Positions 24,474 to 24,575 of a DNA stretch of 24,575 nucleotides are shown here, one piece after another. Within the stretch, counting starts at the first letter, position 1; each line of letters starts with the position of its first letter. Source of the DNA: a virus (Duplodnaviria > Caudoviricetes); the IMG/VR virus record IMGVR_UViG_3300037465_000599, positions 1 through 24,575 of that record; one strand, given 5' to 3'. Below the pieces are notes generated by a model. It had not been told where the DNA came from, searched no databases, and saw only the letters and a list, made by a program, of their open reading frames with translations. The position numbers were made by a program, and so were the translations under genes.

Positions 24474-24575
24474 TTGCGATCAGCCCACTATCCTCCCATT
24501 CCAGCTGGGCTGAGGGGTCGTGCTGGCGCAGCACGCCTGCCACTCTGGAGTCGAAGTCCATCCTCAGTTCGGGCG

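Larger units (their letters stand above)
1..24575. mobile_element. Temperate prophage segment (lambda-like packaging/head, P2-like contractile tail), probably defective; both ends lie outside the window
   Basis: Contiguous repressor/cro switch, replication, terminase, portal, capsid, baseplate, sheath and tube genes, many with overlapping stop/start codons. Confidence 0.95.

Overview
The whole window is the middle of a GC-rich temperate prophage with a lambda-like head and a P2-like contractile tail. From left to right it carries: a leftward early operon (AAA/Sak4-like ATPase cut by the window edge, Gp157-family protein); an immunity switch (IrrE/ImmA-type HEXXH protease, XRE repressor, divergent Cro-like gene, repeated 14-bp operator-like palindromes); a rightward early/replication operon (dATP/dGTP diphosphohydrolase-like, initiator with internal iteron-like repeats, DnaB helicase, BRO protein, XRE+sigma-r4-like regulator); an out-of-place baseplate spike (gpV) gene; a YcxB-like membrane moron; a lambda cosQ/cosN-like site; and terminase, portal, protease-capsid fusion, neck, baseplate W/J/I, short fibre, sheath and tube genes. 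A complete ISKra4-family element (13138-14882, 9-bp target duplication ACCAGATTC) splits a second BRO gene. The tail tube gene breaks off near 24375-24390, probably at another insertion, so the prophage is likely defective. The most unusual points are the relocation of gpV out of the baseplate cluster and the IrrE/DdrO-like protease-repressor switch. No integrase, lysis genes, tape measure, CRISPR, tRNA or rRNA were seen. All family calls come from motifs read by eye; no database search was run.
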